Shown piece by piece: positions 53,011 to 64,000 of a stretch of DNA of 64,000 nt. How positions within the stretch are numbered: the stretch's first letter is position 1; the number at the start of each line of letters is the position of its first letter. The translations under genes were made by a program, and so were the position numbers. Origin of the DNA: Girardia tigrina (taxonomy: Eukaryota); NCBI GenBank assembly GCA_001938485.1, contig MQRK01236352.1:1-64000 (forward strand). The letters run 5' to 3'. The notes beneath the pieces were generated by a model. It did no database searches. It was not told the DNA's origin and saw nothing but the letters and a program-made list of their open reading frames with translations.

Positions 53011-53790
53011 TAGGGATGTAACGGTTTCCTTTTTTGAAATCCGGCCGGTGCCGAACCCGGAGTCAGAATTTTTGTCAAATCCGGCCGGAGTTGGAGCCGG
53101 TGCCGGTTTTGCAAAAATTAAAAAAGTGAACATTTAAGCCAAACGATAATTAAACGTAATATGATATACGAAATATAATGATTGTAAGAAACGAACTGCA
53201 TCTAAATAAATCGATACGAAAGAAGAAGCCCCTTTCTAAGGTATATTTCAACAGTTCATCAATCAGGCAAATGAAAATTATATTTTAAAAATATGAGTTT
53301 TTCTGCATTTTCTGAAGAAATCGAGATCGATGATCAGTGATATACCAGCTGTACTGAAGACTCTTACTGATGGGAGGCTTGTAGGAGGTGGAGCAAGGTA
53401 AACACGTCATAGATGTCATTTTAGACAGCCTGTGTGGTTTGATTGCCATCAGAGGAAATGCCGAGAAGGAAGCTCTCAGCTAAATAAGTCGATAGTTGTC
53501 TCTAATTGATGCCTGACTCTGCGTTATCAGCTGGAATGAGGGAGAGGATTTCATCGAAAGAGACCGTGGACTGGGATAATATATGTGCTGTTTTTTGTTT
53601 GCTGATTCTTTACAACTATTTTTTGATTGTAGTTCCAATGCTTGTGAGTGTTGCTCACATGTAAACTTGCCTTAGCACTAGTCTTTGTATCGTCTGTGGT
53701 GAAACGGAGGAGCTTGAAACTGGGATGAATAATAATTGCAATGGATAACAGTGGTGAAATCTATAAAGAACCCAAAAGGCGATTCAGTGA
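53011..53790 (-). mobile_element. hAT (Ac/ZBED-like) 3' relic
   Basis: TAGGGATG terminus with CCGG-rich subterminal repeats; YLAPPPTSLPSVRVFSTAG..DHRSR..ENAEKLIFLKYN dimerisation domain. Confidence 0.8.
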
Positions 53791-53869
53791 CTCAAGATTC
53801 AAAGACAACTCCTACACTAACCGATAAAGAAGATAAAAAAATCTACCAACAAGCAAATCATACAGATTT

Positions 53870-54110
53870 AATTCGCAATACGCATCTTTTAGTCGTCGCT
53901 GTCTAGTCGCCATCGTCGCTCTGACACTCGTGTCAATCAATGATCTGGATTCTTATGTCGAATTACTTCGCAATCACTTACCAACCAACTTATCTATTGA
54001 GACTACCTATTTAGGTTTGTTCGATCGAGATGGTACTCGGCGAAGTGCGATTTTTCCGCTCGATATCTGGTCTATATATAAATTGTCCAAACTAATAATT
54101 TAATCAAAGT
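53870..54110 (+). mobile_element. MULE transposase relic
   Basis: ETTYLG..RRSAIFPLDIWSIY..TNN pattern. Confidence 0.45.
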
Positions 54111-54169
54111 ACCCCGCCGTGACTTCAGGCAGAATATATATATATATTGAAAATAAGCCAATAAAAAGA

Positions 54170-54830
54170 ATGGAAAAAATAGCCATTTCCGAAACATTTA
54201 TTCAACAACACTAGTTTTGCCACATCGGCATCTTCAGTTGACTGATTGAAATTTTAGATTAAACGACCTTCAAAAGAGATTAGAAAAGAATGGCTACAAC
54301 AAAAAATATCTAAATAAGTTAATTGGAGATGTCATTGACTCCATATTGTTGAAATCAAATATTAAAACAGTGATCATCTTAAAGATACCATTTTCTGAGG
54401 GAGCAAAAGATTTCAAAAATTCATTTATGAAAAGAACTCATTCAATTTTTAAATTGAAGGTAATTTTTACCACAAATAAAGTTTCTGGTTTCTTTTCTAA
54501 CAAATCAAAAACTCCATTGAGTGTGCAGGCGAATCTAGAATATCACTTTAAATGTCACAGGCGCGAAGCCTTGTACATTGGGAGAGACAAACCGTCATCT
54601 TCGAATTAGAATTGCCGAACATGCTCAATCGAGTCGAGATAGTTTCATTCTCAATCATATATTGAATTGTGGGGAGAGAGAAAGTATAAAGTGATAGGGA
54701 ATTTAAAGTTTTATGTAAAATTTCATAAATTATGTAAAAATAAGGAGAGGATAATCACTGAAGCATTGTGAATTAAGCCTGATAAACCATGCTTAAATGT
54801 TCAAAGTGATTCCTCAAATTATGTTTTATT
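54170..54830 (+). mobile_element. Penelope-like 3' fragment (GIY-YIG)
   Basis: KIPFSEG, NKSKTPL, YHFKCHRREALYIG, RHLRIRIAEH, EAL..KPCLNVQ. Confidence 0.85.
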
Positions 54831-54864
54831 TAAATCAAAATTCGAAAGCCAATTGAAAAATATT

Positions 54865-55265
54865 TATTAATTTCGACGGTTTAACCGTCATCCTCTGAAC
54901 AAATGATTTTTCAAACGAAATGTACTTATATAGTGCAGTTATTGATTGTGCAATCAATACGTCATCAGTACTTCATTTAAAAACTCTCAACAAAGTTGTA
55001 GAGAGTGCAGTTTGAACGTTAATTTTAGGATCCAAAGATCTTGTATATAACGCTACACACGAGTCACTCTCTCCCAATAATTCTTAAATTGAGTGCACAG
55101 AATCTTAACGTGTTGTGAAGTTATATACGCTTTAAAATGTCTTCTATGTCCTGCAATGTTACTTCCACCTTCATTGCGACTGTGTTCCTGGATTCTCTTA
55201 CAGAGATGACGGGAAGTCTCTTCAATATATGTGGCGTTACACCTATTACATATATTTTATTTGTA
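54865..55265 (-). mobile_element. Penelope-like 3' fragment with a mutated hammerhead core
   Basis: CNRCNATYIEETSRHLCKRIQEH; 3' UTR CAGAGGA-T-GACGGTTAAACCGTC-GAAA-TTAA-TA at 54865-54897. Confidence 0.85.
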
Positions 55266-55269
55266 TTAC

Positions 55270-55320
<51 letters not shown>

Positions 55321-55635
55321 AGTGAACAATAATTTGAAATTTTTTAAATAGATCTTTGTTAAAACATTTTTTTTAAAAATCAACGTTAGGCATGTTCGAT
55401 CACAATCATTGATCATCTTTCATACTAATTACACTAGACGCGATCAATTCCATGTCGATGATGGGATTGTTATGTTGAAACGCGTCTTCTTTTTCTTCCT
55501 TGTATAAAACAGCAGGTTTCTAATTTATTATGGACACTGAAATTTTAACTTTATACGAACTTTTCAGTAAACAATTCATTTTAAGTCTTGTTGTCATATA
55601 CAATAGCTCTTTTTTCCATTCTTTTTATTAGTTTC

Positions 55636-55677
<42 letters not shown>

Positions 55678-56216
55678 ATGGAATTTAGAAACCTATTTTT
55701 GAAGGCTTTCTACTTAATCAATTTTCTCCAATCTTTGCACACTTACTCATTCTCGATGACAATAAATGATTGTGTGAAAATTTTATCAAAAAACTCTCTA
55801 AGGTCCTAGAATGGGAAAACGGCCTAATCGGCGTTCTTGAACAATTTTAATTGAAAAAGTTGTACTTATAAATTATACGTAGTTTATATTACGCCAAAAA
55901 ATAAAAACAACAAAGTAAATGTAATAGTTATTTTCCCTTCTACAAAAGATAACAAAAAATTCACTTGACCAAACAGAGTTCTTTCAGCATAAAGAATGGA
56001 TATAAAAATATTTTTTTGATTTACTAGTTCATATGAGAAAATGCAGTTAAAAATTACTTGTATCTGTTCAACACTGATATAGCTATCATAATAACATTTT
56101 TCAAATGTTCAAACAATTGAATATAACTTTTGACATTAACTGTTTATATCTTTTTTTTATTTGAAAATTGTGAAATGAATTATCAATAAATTAATTGGCG
56201 AACATTTCGTTTCCAG

Positions 56217-56373
56217 AATTTATTTGGTGGAATCGGTTTGAAAGTGGACGGTTTTTTGGGAAATATGCATTCCAAGAGAGGTCTGGCAACTGTTGACATA
56301 GCCGTATGTACGATAGAAAAGGCAAACAGTTTAGTAAACAGACTGATCGATAATGAATCATTGGATGAACTGT
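56217..56373 (+). CDS. POLQ: POLQ exon 3
   Basis: NLFGGIGLKVDGFLG...DIAVCTIEKANSLVNRLI; TTCCAG| acceptor and |GTAAGC donor. Confidence 0.93.
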
Positions 56374-56424
56374 GTAAGCAGCACCTTAAAATTGAACATA
56401 TAATCATCTTTATTGTCTCTCCAG

Positions 56425-56548
56425 CATTGATAGTTATTGACGAATTGCATTTGCTGGGAGACGAACACCGAGGCTATCTTCTAGAGTTGCTCTTGACGAA
56501 AATTCTTTACCATTCCAAATTGATGAGAGAAAACAAAACAGATTTCAA
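56425..56548 (+). CDS. POLQ: POLQ exon 4 (DELH / Walker B)
   Basis: LIVIDELHLLGDEHRGYLLELLLTKI; phases consistent with both neighbouring exons. Confidence 0.93.
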
Positions 56549-56623
56549 GTAACGTATTGAATTTCACTTGAACTTTCTCGTTTTCTATTGTTATTAATCG
56601 TACTTTTTAACAAGTTCAATTAA

Positions 56624-56806
56624 ACCTTTAGTGTTTAATGTGGATGATAAATTCATTTGAGATTCAACTGAAGTCGATTATAGTTTGTGTTGATGTTCAA
56701 TATGTGTTATCGTACCTTTAACTCTTCAATGCACAATTCTCTTTGTTAAAAATTTTGTTTTATTACCTGATTTATTTCATAAATGTATTTAAAAAGCAAT
56801 GAAGGG
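56624..56806. mobile_element. old piggyBac-type MITE in POLQ intron 4
   Basis: TTAA flanks; imperfect TIR ACCTTTAGTGTTT versus CCCTTCATTGCTT. Confidence 0.5.
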
Positions 56807-56873
56807 TTAAATTAATTATTTTTGTGTGAATAATTGTTGAGGCACTGCATTGACATGGACAATTGGTTCACAG

Positions 56874-57195
56874 ATGCATTCAAATCGTCGGCATGAGTGC
56901 CACTCTACCTAATCTGGGATCTATTGCTGACTGGCTTGAAGCTTCTCTATACATTTGTGATTTTCGACCGATTCCGTTGTTGGAGATGGTGAAATGCCAA
57001 TCAGATATCTATGATTGCCAAGATCTGTCAAAACCAATGAAATCATTCCAACCTCCACTTGGTGTCAAACCTAAAGATGATGCTGCTCAAATTATCGGTT
57101 TATGTCTGGAAACAGTTTTAAATGGTCACGGTTGTTTGATTTTCTGTCCGAACAAAGATTGGTGCGAAACTTTGAGTACAAATATCGCTTCAGAG
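56874..57195 (+). CDS. POLQ: POLQ exon 5
   Basis: IQIVGMSATLPNL (motif III)...DFRPIPL...LIFCPNKDWCE. Confidence 0.93.
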
Positions 57196-57243
57196 GTTGA
57201 AAACATTACATAGATTTTCATTAAATTGTAACCAACTTTCTAG

Positions 57244-57675
<432 letters not shown>

Positions 57676-57678
57676 TAG

Positions 57679-57809
57679 GAGAAAGTGTTCTTGTCTGCAC
57701 ACCACAAGAATTCAAACAAGTAAAATCGCTAATCGAATCGGGAATTCCTCCAATTAAAAGCTGCTTGGCTCTCAATGACTCAATGAGTTTGAAAAGAGCA
57801 TTGCTGGAA
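57679..57809 (+). CDS. POLQ: POLQ exon 7
   Basis: GESVLVC...PPIKSCL...SLKRALLE after a 44-nt GTATGT..TTAG intron. Confidence 0.9.
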
Positions 57810-57864
57810 GTACGTTAACTGAATCGATTTAAAGTTTCAATCAATTATTATTGAAAAAAATTAG

Positions 57865-57968
57865 ATTATCGTTCCTCGAGTCGTACGATCCGTTAAAGAA
57901 TGCGTTTTATATCTGAAAAGTACCTTTCTCCAACACACAATCAATATTGAAGCACACAAGAATCAAAG
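57865..57968 (+). CDS. POLQ: POLQ exon 8
   Basis: IIVPRVVRSVKECVLYLKSTFL continues RALLE|II as in the POLQ winged-helix region; 55-nt intron upstream. Confidence 0.85.
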
Positions 57969-58260
57969 GTAATTTTATCAGTTGTTCTTTCATATTTACA
58001 TGATGCTTGTTTTGTTCAATGAACTAGTGCTTCGGAATTATTTATATTATTGATTGATATCTATTTATATTCAAACATCCTCTTTCTTCTCTTTTAATTT
58101 TAACACTTATTGGAGTTAATTTTTGTAGAATACATTTACACTCTTTCTCCTCCAGAAAACGGAAATTTTAAAATTAATTTTGTTGTATCTTTCCCTCTTT
58201 TTGTTACATCCGTTATACGTTTGATATTATTTGATTTTTTAAATAATTTGACTCAAAATT

Positions 58261-59379
58261 GACTGAGTGCGAAAAATATTGCTAACTATAAATCTCTATA
58301 ACTCCAACATAAATTCACAAATTACAAAAACTAATCGAGTAGGCTGTTGTTTGAATAAATCAAAACGTCAGAAACAGAAATATGAGAATTAATCATTCGT
58401 CTATTTCAAGAAAATCCACAATCAAGTCAGAAAACAATAACCAGAAAGACAAGGGTTTGCCAGAAAACAGTTTCTAACTTCATATAAAACTTCAATGAGA
58501 ACTTGAACGTTTTCAGAAAATTGGTTCGGGAAGAAGAAAGTGTTTTTCGTGTACACAGAATGTGAAGAAAGTAAATGCTCTGTTAGAGAGAAATCATCGT
58601 CTATCAAATAAAAAACTGGTGGTAAAGGCAAATTTTAGTGAGAAAATTAAGTTCGGAAAACTAAACTGTCTGTGGGCTTAAAAACGTATAAATTTCAAAC
58701 AGAACGCTAACAAGAACGTAAAGGTGCAGCAGCGAGCCAGAACGTTGAAATTTGGTTTTCTTGCGAAGAAAAAATGTTGCATTACGGATGATGAGACTTG
58801 TGTGCTTTGCGAGTTTTCCCAGCTACCCGGACAAGAATTCTACTCTGCAACTAAGAGAGGAGTTGAAGAAAAATTTAGAATCAAGAACAAATCGAAGTTT
58901 CCCAAAACATTTCTTGTTTGGCAGGCTATATGTGGATGCGGGAAAAGGAGTAAATGCTTTGTCACATCTGGTACAATAAACACAGAAGTCTATGAGAAAA
59001 AAAGCGTTTATTACCATTCATAAGTCAGCACTGAAGTCTTACTTTCTTTCGGCCGGATTTGGCATCGTCCCACTATGGTAAGGCAGCCAAGAAGTGGTAC
59101 GAAGACGATAACGTCGATTTGGTGCAAACAGAGGCAAATCCGCCAAATTGTCCAGAGCTTCGCAGCCAAAAATGTGACAGAGACTACAATTGCAAATCTA
59201 ATGACAGCTATTCCGGAAAAGCTCGCAGAATTTATTAAAAAAATAAATGATCTTTCTCTATTTCACTAAAATTATTTTGAAATAAAAACATTTTTTAAAA
59301 CAGTCGGTATTTTTTCAATCAAAAATATGGTTTTGAAGATAGAGGATTTTAAAGTTAGTAATATTATGCGCACTCAGTC
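58261..59379 (+). mobile_element. Tc1-like element, ITmD37E-like, decayed
   Basis: TIRs GACTGAGTGCG(A/C)A..AATATT.CTAACT; ITDDETCV, GQEFY, KFPKTFLVWQAIC, PDLASSHY, NPPNCPELR. Confidence 0.88.
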
Positions 59380-59858
59380 TTTAGTATTTTTAATGAGGTT
59401 ATATAAAAACTTTTTACTATAAACATTATTTCAGATTCTATTGTAAAACATAGTAATTAAATCAAGACATCTAGGAACGATATTTTATTTTCAATTTCTA
59501 ACGTGAAACTAATATTTAAATGTTAATTATTGAAGAAATTTAGAAGACTTAGAAACAGTTTCCCTTTAGTTAATTCAAATACCTAGACGTATGCGCTACA
59601 GAACGCATATTAATAAACACTGACGATATATCACATGTCACTGAAAACATTTGGCGGTAACTTATATTTTTTTCAAAAGAAAAAATCATGCATTTAAGGG
59701 TTTATGCCAAAAAAAGTTTTGTCTACATATCGAGTTTTGAAGATTAGTATTTCACAAGGATAATGACTAATTTCTCAAAATTTTGTAAGAAAATTCTTGT
59801 GTTACACTTTACACATTAAGGCTTTTTCTATTCTTTTTACTAGCTTACTTTCTATATA

Positions 59859-61143
59859 AAGGGTGGGCCAAAAGTAAGTACACAATTTATTTAACCTATA
59901 GTTTCTTTTCCTTTTATTAAATTTAACAAACAATAAAACAAAAATAAACTTTAAAAGATATATTTTATAAATTTATCTTTTAAAGATTACATTATTTAGG
60001 TGTTTTCCATTTCCCGATTGACAAATTCTACATCTTTTTTTTCCATTACCCTGTTTAAAACTGATGGCTTATTCGATCTTATTTCCTCGGTTATAATTTT
60101 CTTTAGATCTGATATTGAACTTGGGTTTCTTTTGTAAATACAGTCTTTTAGATAACCCCATAAGAAGAAATCAGGTGCGTTAAGATCTGGAGATCTTGGA
60201 GGCCACTCAATGTTACCACGTCTTGAAATAATTCTGTCACCAAAATTATCTCTTAGCAAATTCATANNNNNNNNNNNNNNNNNNNNNNNNNNNNNNNNNN
60301 NNNNNNNNNNNNNNNNNNNNNNNNNNNNNNNNNNNNNNNNNNNNNNNNNNNNNNNNNNNNNNNNNNNNNNNNNNNCATTCACATTGATTTGGTGACCATC
60401 AGTATCTTCGAAAAAATAAGGCCCAATTATTGCTTCAGAAGTAATACCGCACCACATTGTGCATTTTTGGGGATTTGAAGTTCGTTCAATAACCTCCATG
60501 GGATTTTCTGAACCCCAGAACCTCCAATTTTGCTTATTTATATACCCGTCATCCAAAAGTGAGCCTCATCAGTCATTATCATTTTGTCAATGAAATCTGT
60601 AATTTCGACCACCATTTGCACAATTCTGACAGAATAATGAACTCGTTTCTGCAAATCATTCGGTTGAAGTTTTTGGCAGATCTGAATTTTGTAGGCTTTC
60701 ATTTTCAGATCAATTTTTAAAATTCGCCTAAGAGATGTTCTCGAAATATTCAGATGACTCGAACGTCTTCTTGTCGATAATCTTGGTTTGAATTGAACAT
60801 TTTCTTCTACGCGTTGGATATTTTCTTCGGATCTCACAATCTTAGGACGCTCAAATCTTGGCAAATCTACCACACATCCAGAAGTCAAAAATTTATTTAA
60901 AATATTTAATATTGTTCTTCTTTCTGGAACATTTTTAGTTTTATAACGCTTTTGAAATTCGCGCTGAACAGAAATAATTGAATTATTGAATTTAATTGAA
61001 GATTCGATGATAAATATTCTTTGCTCCGTTGTGATAAAAATTCAAGGCCCGTGGAATAAAATAATTTTAAAAATTTTAAATAAAAGTAAACCTGAAAAAA
61101 ATTTAAACAGAATAAATTGTGTAGTTACTTTTGGCCAACCCTT
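59859..61143 (-). mobile_element. Tc1/mariner element, rosa/DD41D-like, near full length
   Basis: TA TSD; 33-bp TIRs with 2 mismatches (AAGGGTKGGCCAAAAGTAASTACACAATTTATT); MTDEAHF, GYINKQNWRFW, WPPRSPDLNAPDFFLWGYLK; the second catalytic D falls in the N gap. Confidence 0.92.
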
Positions 61144-61203
61144 TATGTATATAGGTAAAGTCTATATAAATTTAAAAGTCTATACTTGAAGGCTTTTTAT
61201 AAA

Positions 61204-61376
61204 ACTAGTAAATCAAATTTTTTTCATATCCATGCTTTATTCGAACGGAACTCTGCTTGGTCAACAGAATTTTTTATTGTTTTTTTTTGAAAATATATTT
61301 TTTAATTAAAACTTTGTTGGCAAAGTAAAGTTCTGTCTGATTAAAGAATGGATATAATTTTTTTTGATTTACTAGT
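61204..61376. mobile_element. MITE with ACTAGTAAATC TIRs (~60 bp, imperfect)
   Basis: Inverted ends; further termini at 128-169, 52715-52755 and 55965-56028. Confidence 0.75.
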
Positions 61377-61940
61377 TATCTTTAGTTTTTGTCTTCATAT
61401 GTCTGAGTGGGCTTTTATCAATTTATAATTTAGTCTTTTGCAATAATTGATTTTGTCCTTTATGATTATAAAATCTACGAATTTTATTTTCGTTTTATTT
61501 TTTATTTGTACCACTTAAAATGAATTTCATTTATTATTTTCTAATGTCAAATTATTGATTTGTTTTCAAGATTTGCAAATTTTTATCATTAGAAAAATAA
61601 AGTGCTCTTATTCTCGAATATAAATTAGAATTTTTTTTCAATTTTATTAAAATTACGATCGTTTTTTATCGAAATTTTGAATGTAATTATTTTGTAATAA
61701 TCTGCACCATAATCATTACTACTTATTAAATGTATTATAAAGTACTTTAAAATCATTTATAACTTTATGATAATATTCTCTTCTTTTGGTTAACAAAAAT
61801 TTAAAAGATTCTTCCAAGTAAAGGTATTTATTTTTTCAAATTGTTGTTTTAACAATACAAATTTGTAATATTAAAATATGATAATCAATTTTTGATAATT
61901 CAATTTTTGATAATATCAATATTTTTTTCACTGGTTTTGA

Positions 61941-62527
61941 TACACCGTTTTTCTTGTCTTGACGTGCTCAATCAGATTCTATTGATTTCAGTGTAAAAAT
62001 CATTATGCTTAATTTTTCTGAAAATCAGAAAAATTTGATTTTTCTGCGAAAATGTTTTGATTGAATAATCATATTTTGTCACAACTGAATATTTCAATGA
62101 CAAATTGTATTGCACGTTTATCCTAAGAAAACCGATAATAAAAACTCAAGGCAAAATCATACAAAGACAATAATCTATATGAAAATTCAATAAATCTAAA
62201 CAGATGTCACCAAATATTTTGATTTTTAGAAAAACGTCGTTTTCTCTTTATTCGCGTATCAAAATATAGCAAATTATACACTGTTTTTCTTGTCTTGACG
62301 TGCTCAATCGGATTCTATTGATTTCAGTGTAAAAATCATTATGCTTAATTTTTCTGAAAATCAGAAAAATTTGATTTTACTGCGAAATTTTTTTCATTGA
62401 ATAATCATATTTTGTCACAACTGAATACTTCAATGACAAATTGTATTGCACGCTTATCCTAAGAAAACCGATAATAAAAACTCAAGGCAAAAACATACAA
62501 AGACAATAATCTATATGAAAATTCAAT
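61941..62527 (+). repeat. direct duplication of ~251 bp (61941-62191 and 62277-62527)
   Basis: Near-identical copies separated by 85 bp. Confidence 0.93.
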
Positions 62528-63034
62528 CTAAATTTGATAATATCAATATTTTTGTCACTAGTTTCGATTATCTCTTGCTTTTTTCATTTAATGATATAAA
62601 TAAAGTAATTTCTATTTTTTCCAAACAATTTTTTTTGATTTATATTTTTAAAATTCAAATTATTAGTAACAGCAAACTAACAAACAAATATACGAAGTGA
62701 GTTGATATAAGCGTGGTAAAATGGCTCTTCGTAAAGACGAAAAAGCTTACCCTTGTGTCTAGAAAAGTATGATTTTTTCAAAGACTGAACTATTTAGTGT
62801 GGATTTATGAAATTGCTGGATTGCTTAAAAAACTAACTTCATTCAGTATGGTTAGGAATTGGTTGGTACATTTTCTCACTAAAGTCTCCAATTATTACTA
62901 AACCTTAATTACACAATTTGATATTCGATTAATTTTTATTAGATATTTTAATTATTAATTTTAAAATAATAATTTTAAATATCATTGATCATACTAAGAC
63001 TATATTCATATTTTCAATTTTACCATCTTTTTAG

Positions 63035-63347
63035 TGCCAATGAAACTTTCAACAACTCAATTGAAATGATAATCGAATGTTTGAAGTATCTGCAAAGAAA
63101 CAAATTAATCACTATTAAATCAGATGAAATAAATACAAGCTTGAAGAAAAGAGGAAGACCAAAAAAAAATCTAGAAAATTCATTTAGTGATATAGAAAAT
63201 GATAATCGGTTATTGGTCCCAACTGATTTAGGCCAAGCTATCATAAGTGCCAGTTTTGGTTTAGAAGATGGTCTTATTGTATTTCAAGAACTGGACAAAG
63301 CTAGGAGATCTCTGGCACTGGATACAGATCTCCATTTGATATACCTT
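63035..63347 (+). CDS. POLQ: POLQ exon 9 (gene continues beyond the window)
   Basis: Phase-2 acceptor TTTTTAG|T; CLKYLQRNKLI...PTDLGQAIISASFGLEDGLIVFQELDKARRSLALDTDLHLIYL. Confidence 0.88.
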
Positions 63348-63831
63348 GTAAAAATTTATTTTTAATATCATTAAACAAATTTTACAAAACATCGAAGTAA
63401 TTAACACGTTCAGAGACGACCACTGCACCTGTCTTCCTTTTTTTAAATTTGTAGTGTTTACTTTCCGTAGACGCTGTTGTTGGCGTTGTCAGTCTTAACA
63501 ACATCGCAATTAGCATGAACACATTTATTAACAACACGGACTCATTTTCAGAAGCACTTTCTGCGGAAAGAATGGTTCTTGATTAATATGATTTTATATT
63601 AATATTTAAATCTTAGATTAATAAATGTAAAGTACGCAATATATATTACGTAATTATGTACTGTTCGGAATGAAAGTGCAATTTTTCGGATTAGCCAGTG
63701 AAAATCACATTAGAAAACTAATTATTAACTTTCCAATTATTACTAATTACACAATTTGATATTCGATTAATTTTTATTAGATATTTTAATTATTAATTTT
63801 AAAATAATAATTTTAAATATTATTGATTATA

Positions 63832-64000
63832 CAGGGTGACGCAAAATAAACTCCAAGGTACTTTTCTATTGGATCTTTTTATCCACCTACTTTCTGATGG
63901 TATATAAAAAAATATATATCGCGTTTTTCGCGATGATAAATTCGACCTTTCATGTAGCCCCATAACCAATAGTCACATGCTGTAAGATCTGGCGAGCGAG
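63832..64000. mobile_element. left end of a Tc1/mariner-type element
   Basis: TA|CAGGGTGACGCAAAATAAAC terminus; runs off the window. Confidence 0.6.

Overview
AT-rich eukaryotic (animal-type) genomic DNA with several N gaps. Two spliced host genes can be rebuilt from GT-AG junctions that keep the reading frame, both on the + strand. One is a complete 5-exon Rab3 (4069-36176, 214 aa, CxC tail). The other is the first 9 exons of DNA polymerase theta (POLQ helicase-like domain, 50193-63347), which runs off the window. Intron sizes are bimodal: 44-57 nt, or 0.3-21 kb and filled with decayed mobile DNA. That DNA includes several mariner/Tc1 families (mariner, maT/DD37D-like, ITmD37E-like, rosa/DD41D-like), hAT, MULE and piggyBac derivatives, MITEs, many Penelope-like (PLE) fragments, a truncated Ty3/Gypsy element, and a very compact 4.06-kb LTR retrotransposon with 123-bp LTRs. 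Four signals stand out. (1) The compact LTR element has no TGG-type primer-binding site; its 12-nt leader is instead complementary to a tRNA-like 5' end, and it carries a clear -1 frameshift signal. (2) Minimal hammerhead-ribozyme cores with covarying palindromic tetraloops are scattered through the window, mostly at PLE 3' ends. (3) A tetraspanin-like fragment lies next to a CUE-like ORF, with other cryptic nested gene pieces, inside Rab3 intron 2. (4) The sequence just upstream of POLQ exon 9 is duplicated, which predicts a duplicated exon beyond the window. No rRNA, tRNA or CRISPR features were seen. Boundaries of decayed TE relics are approximate, and all family calls are by eye without database searches.
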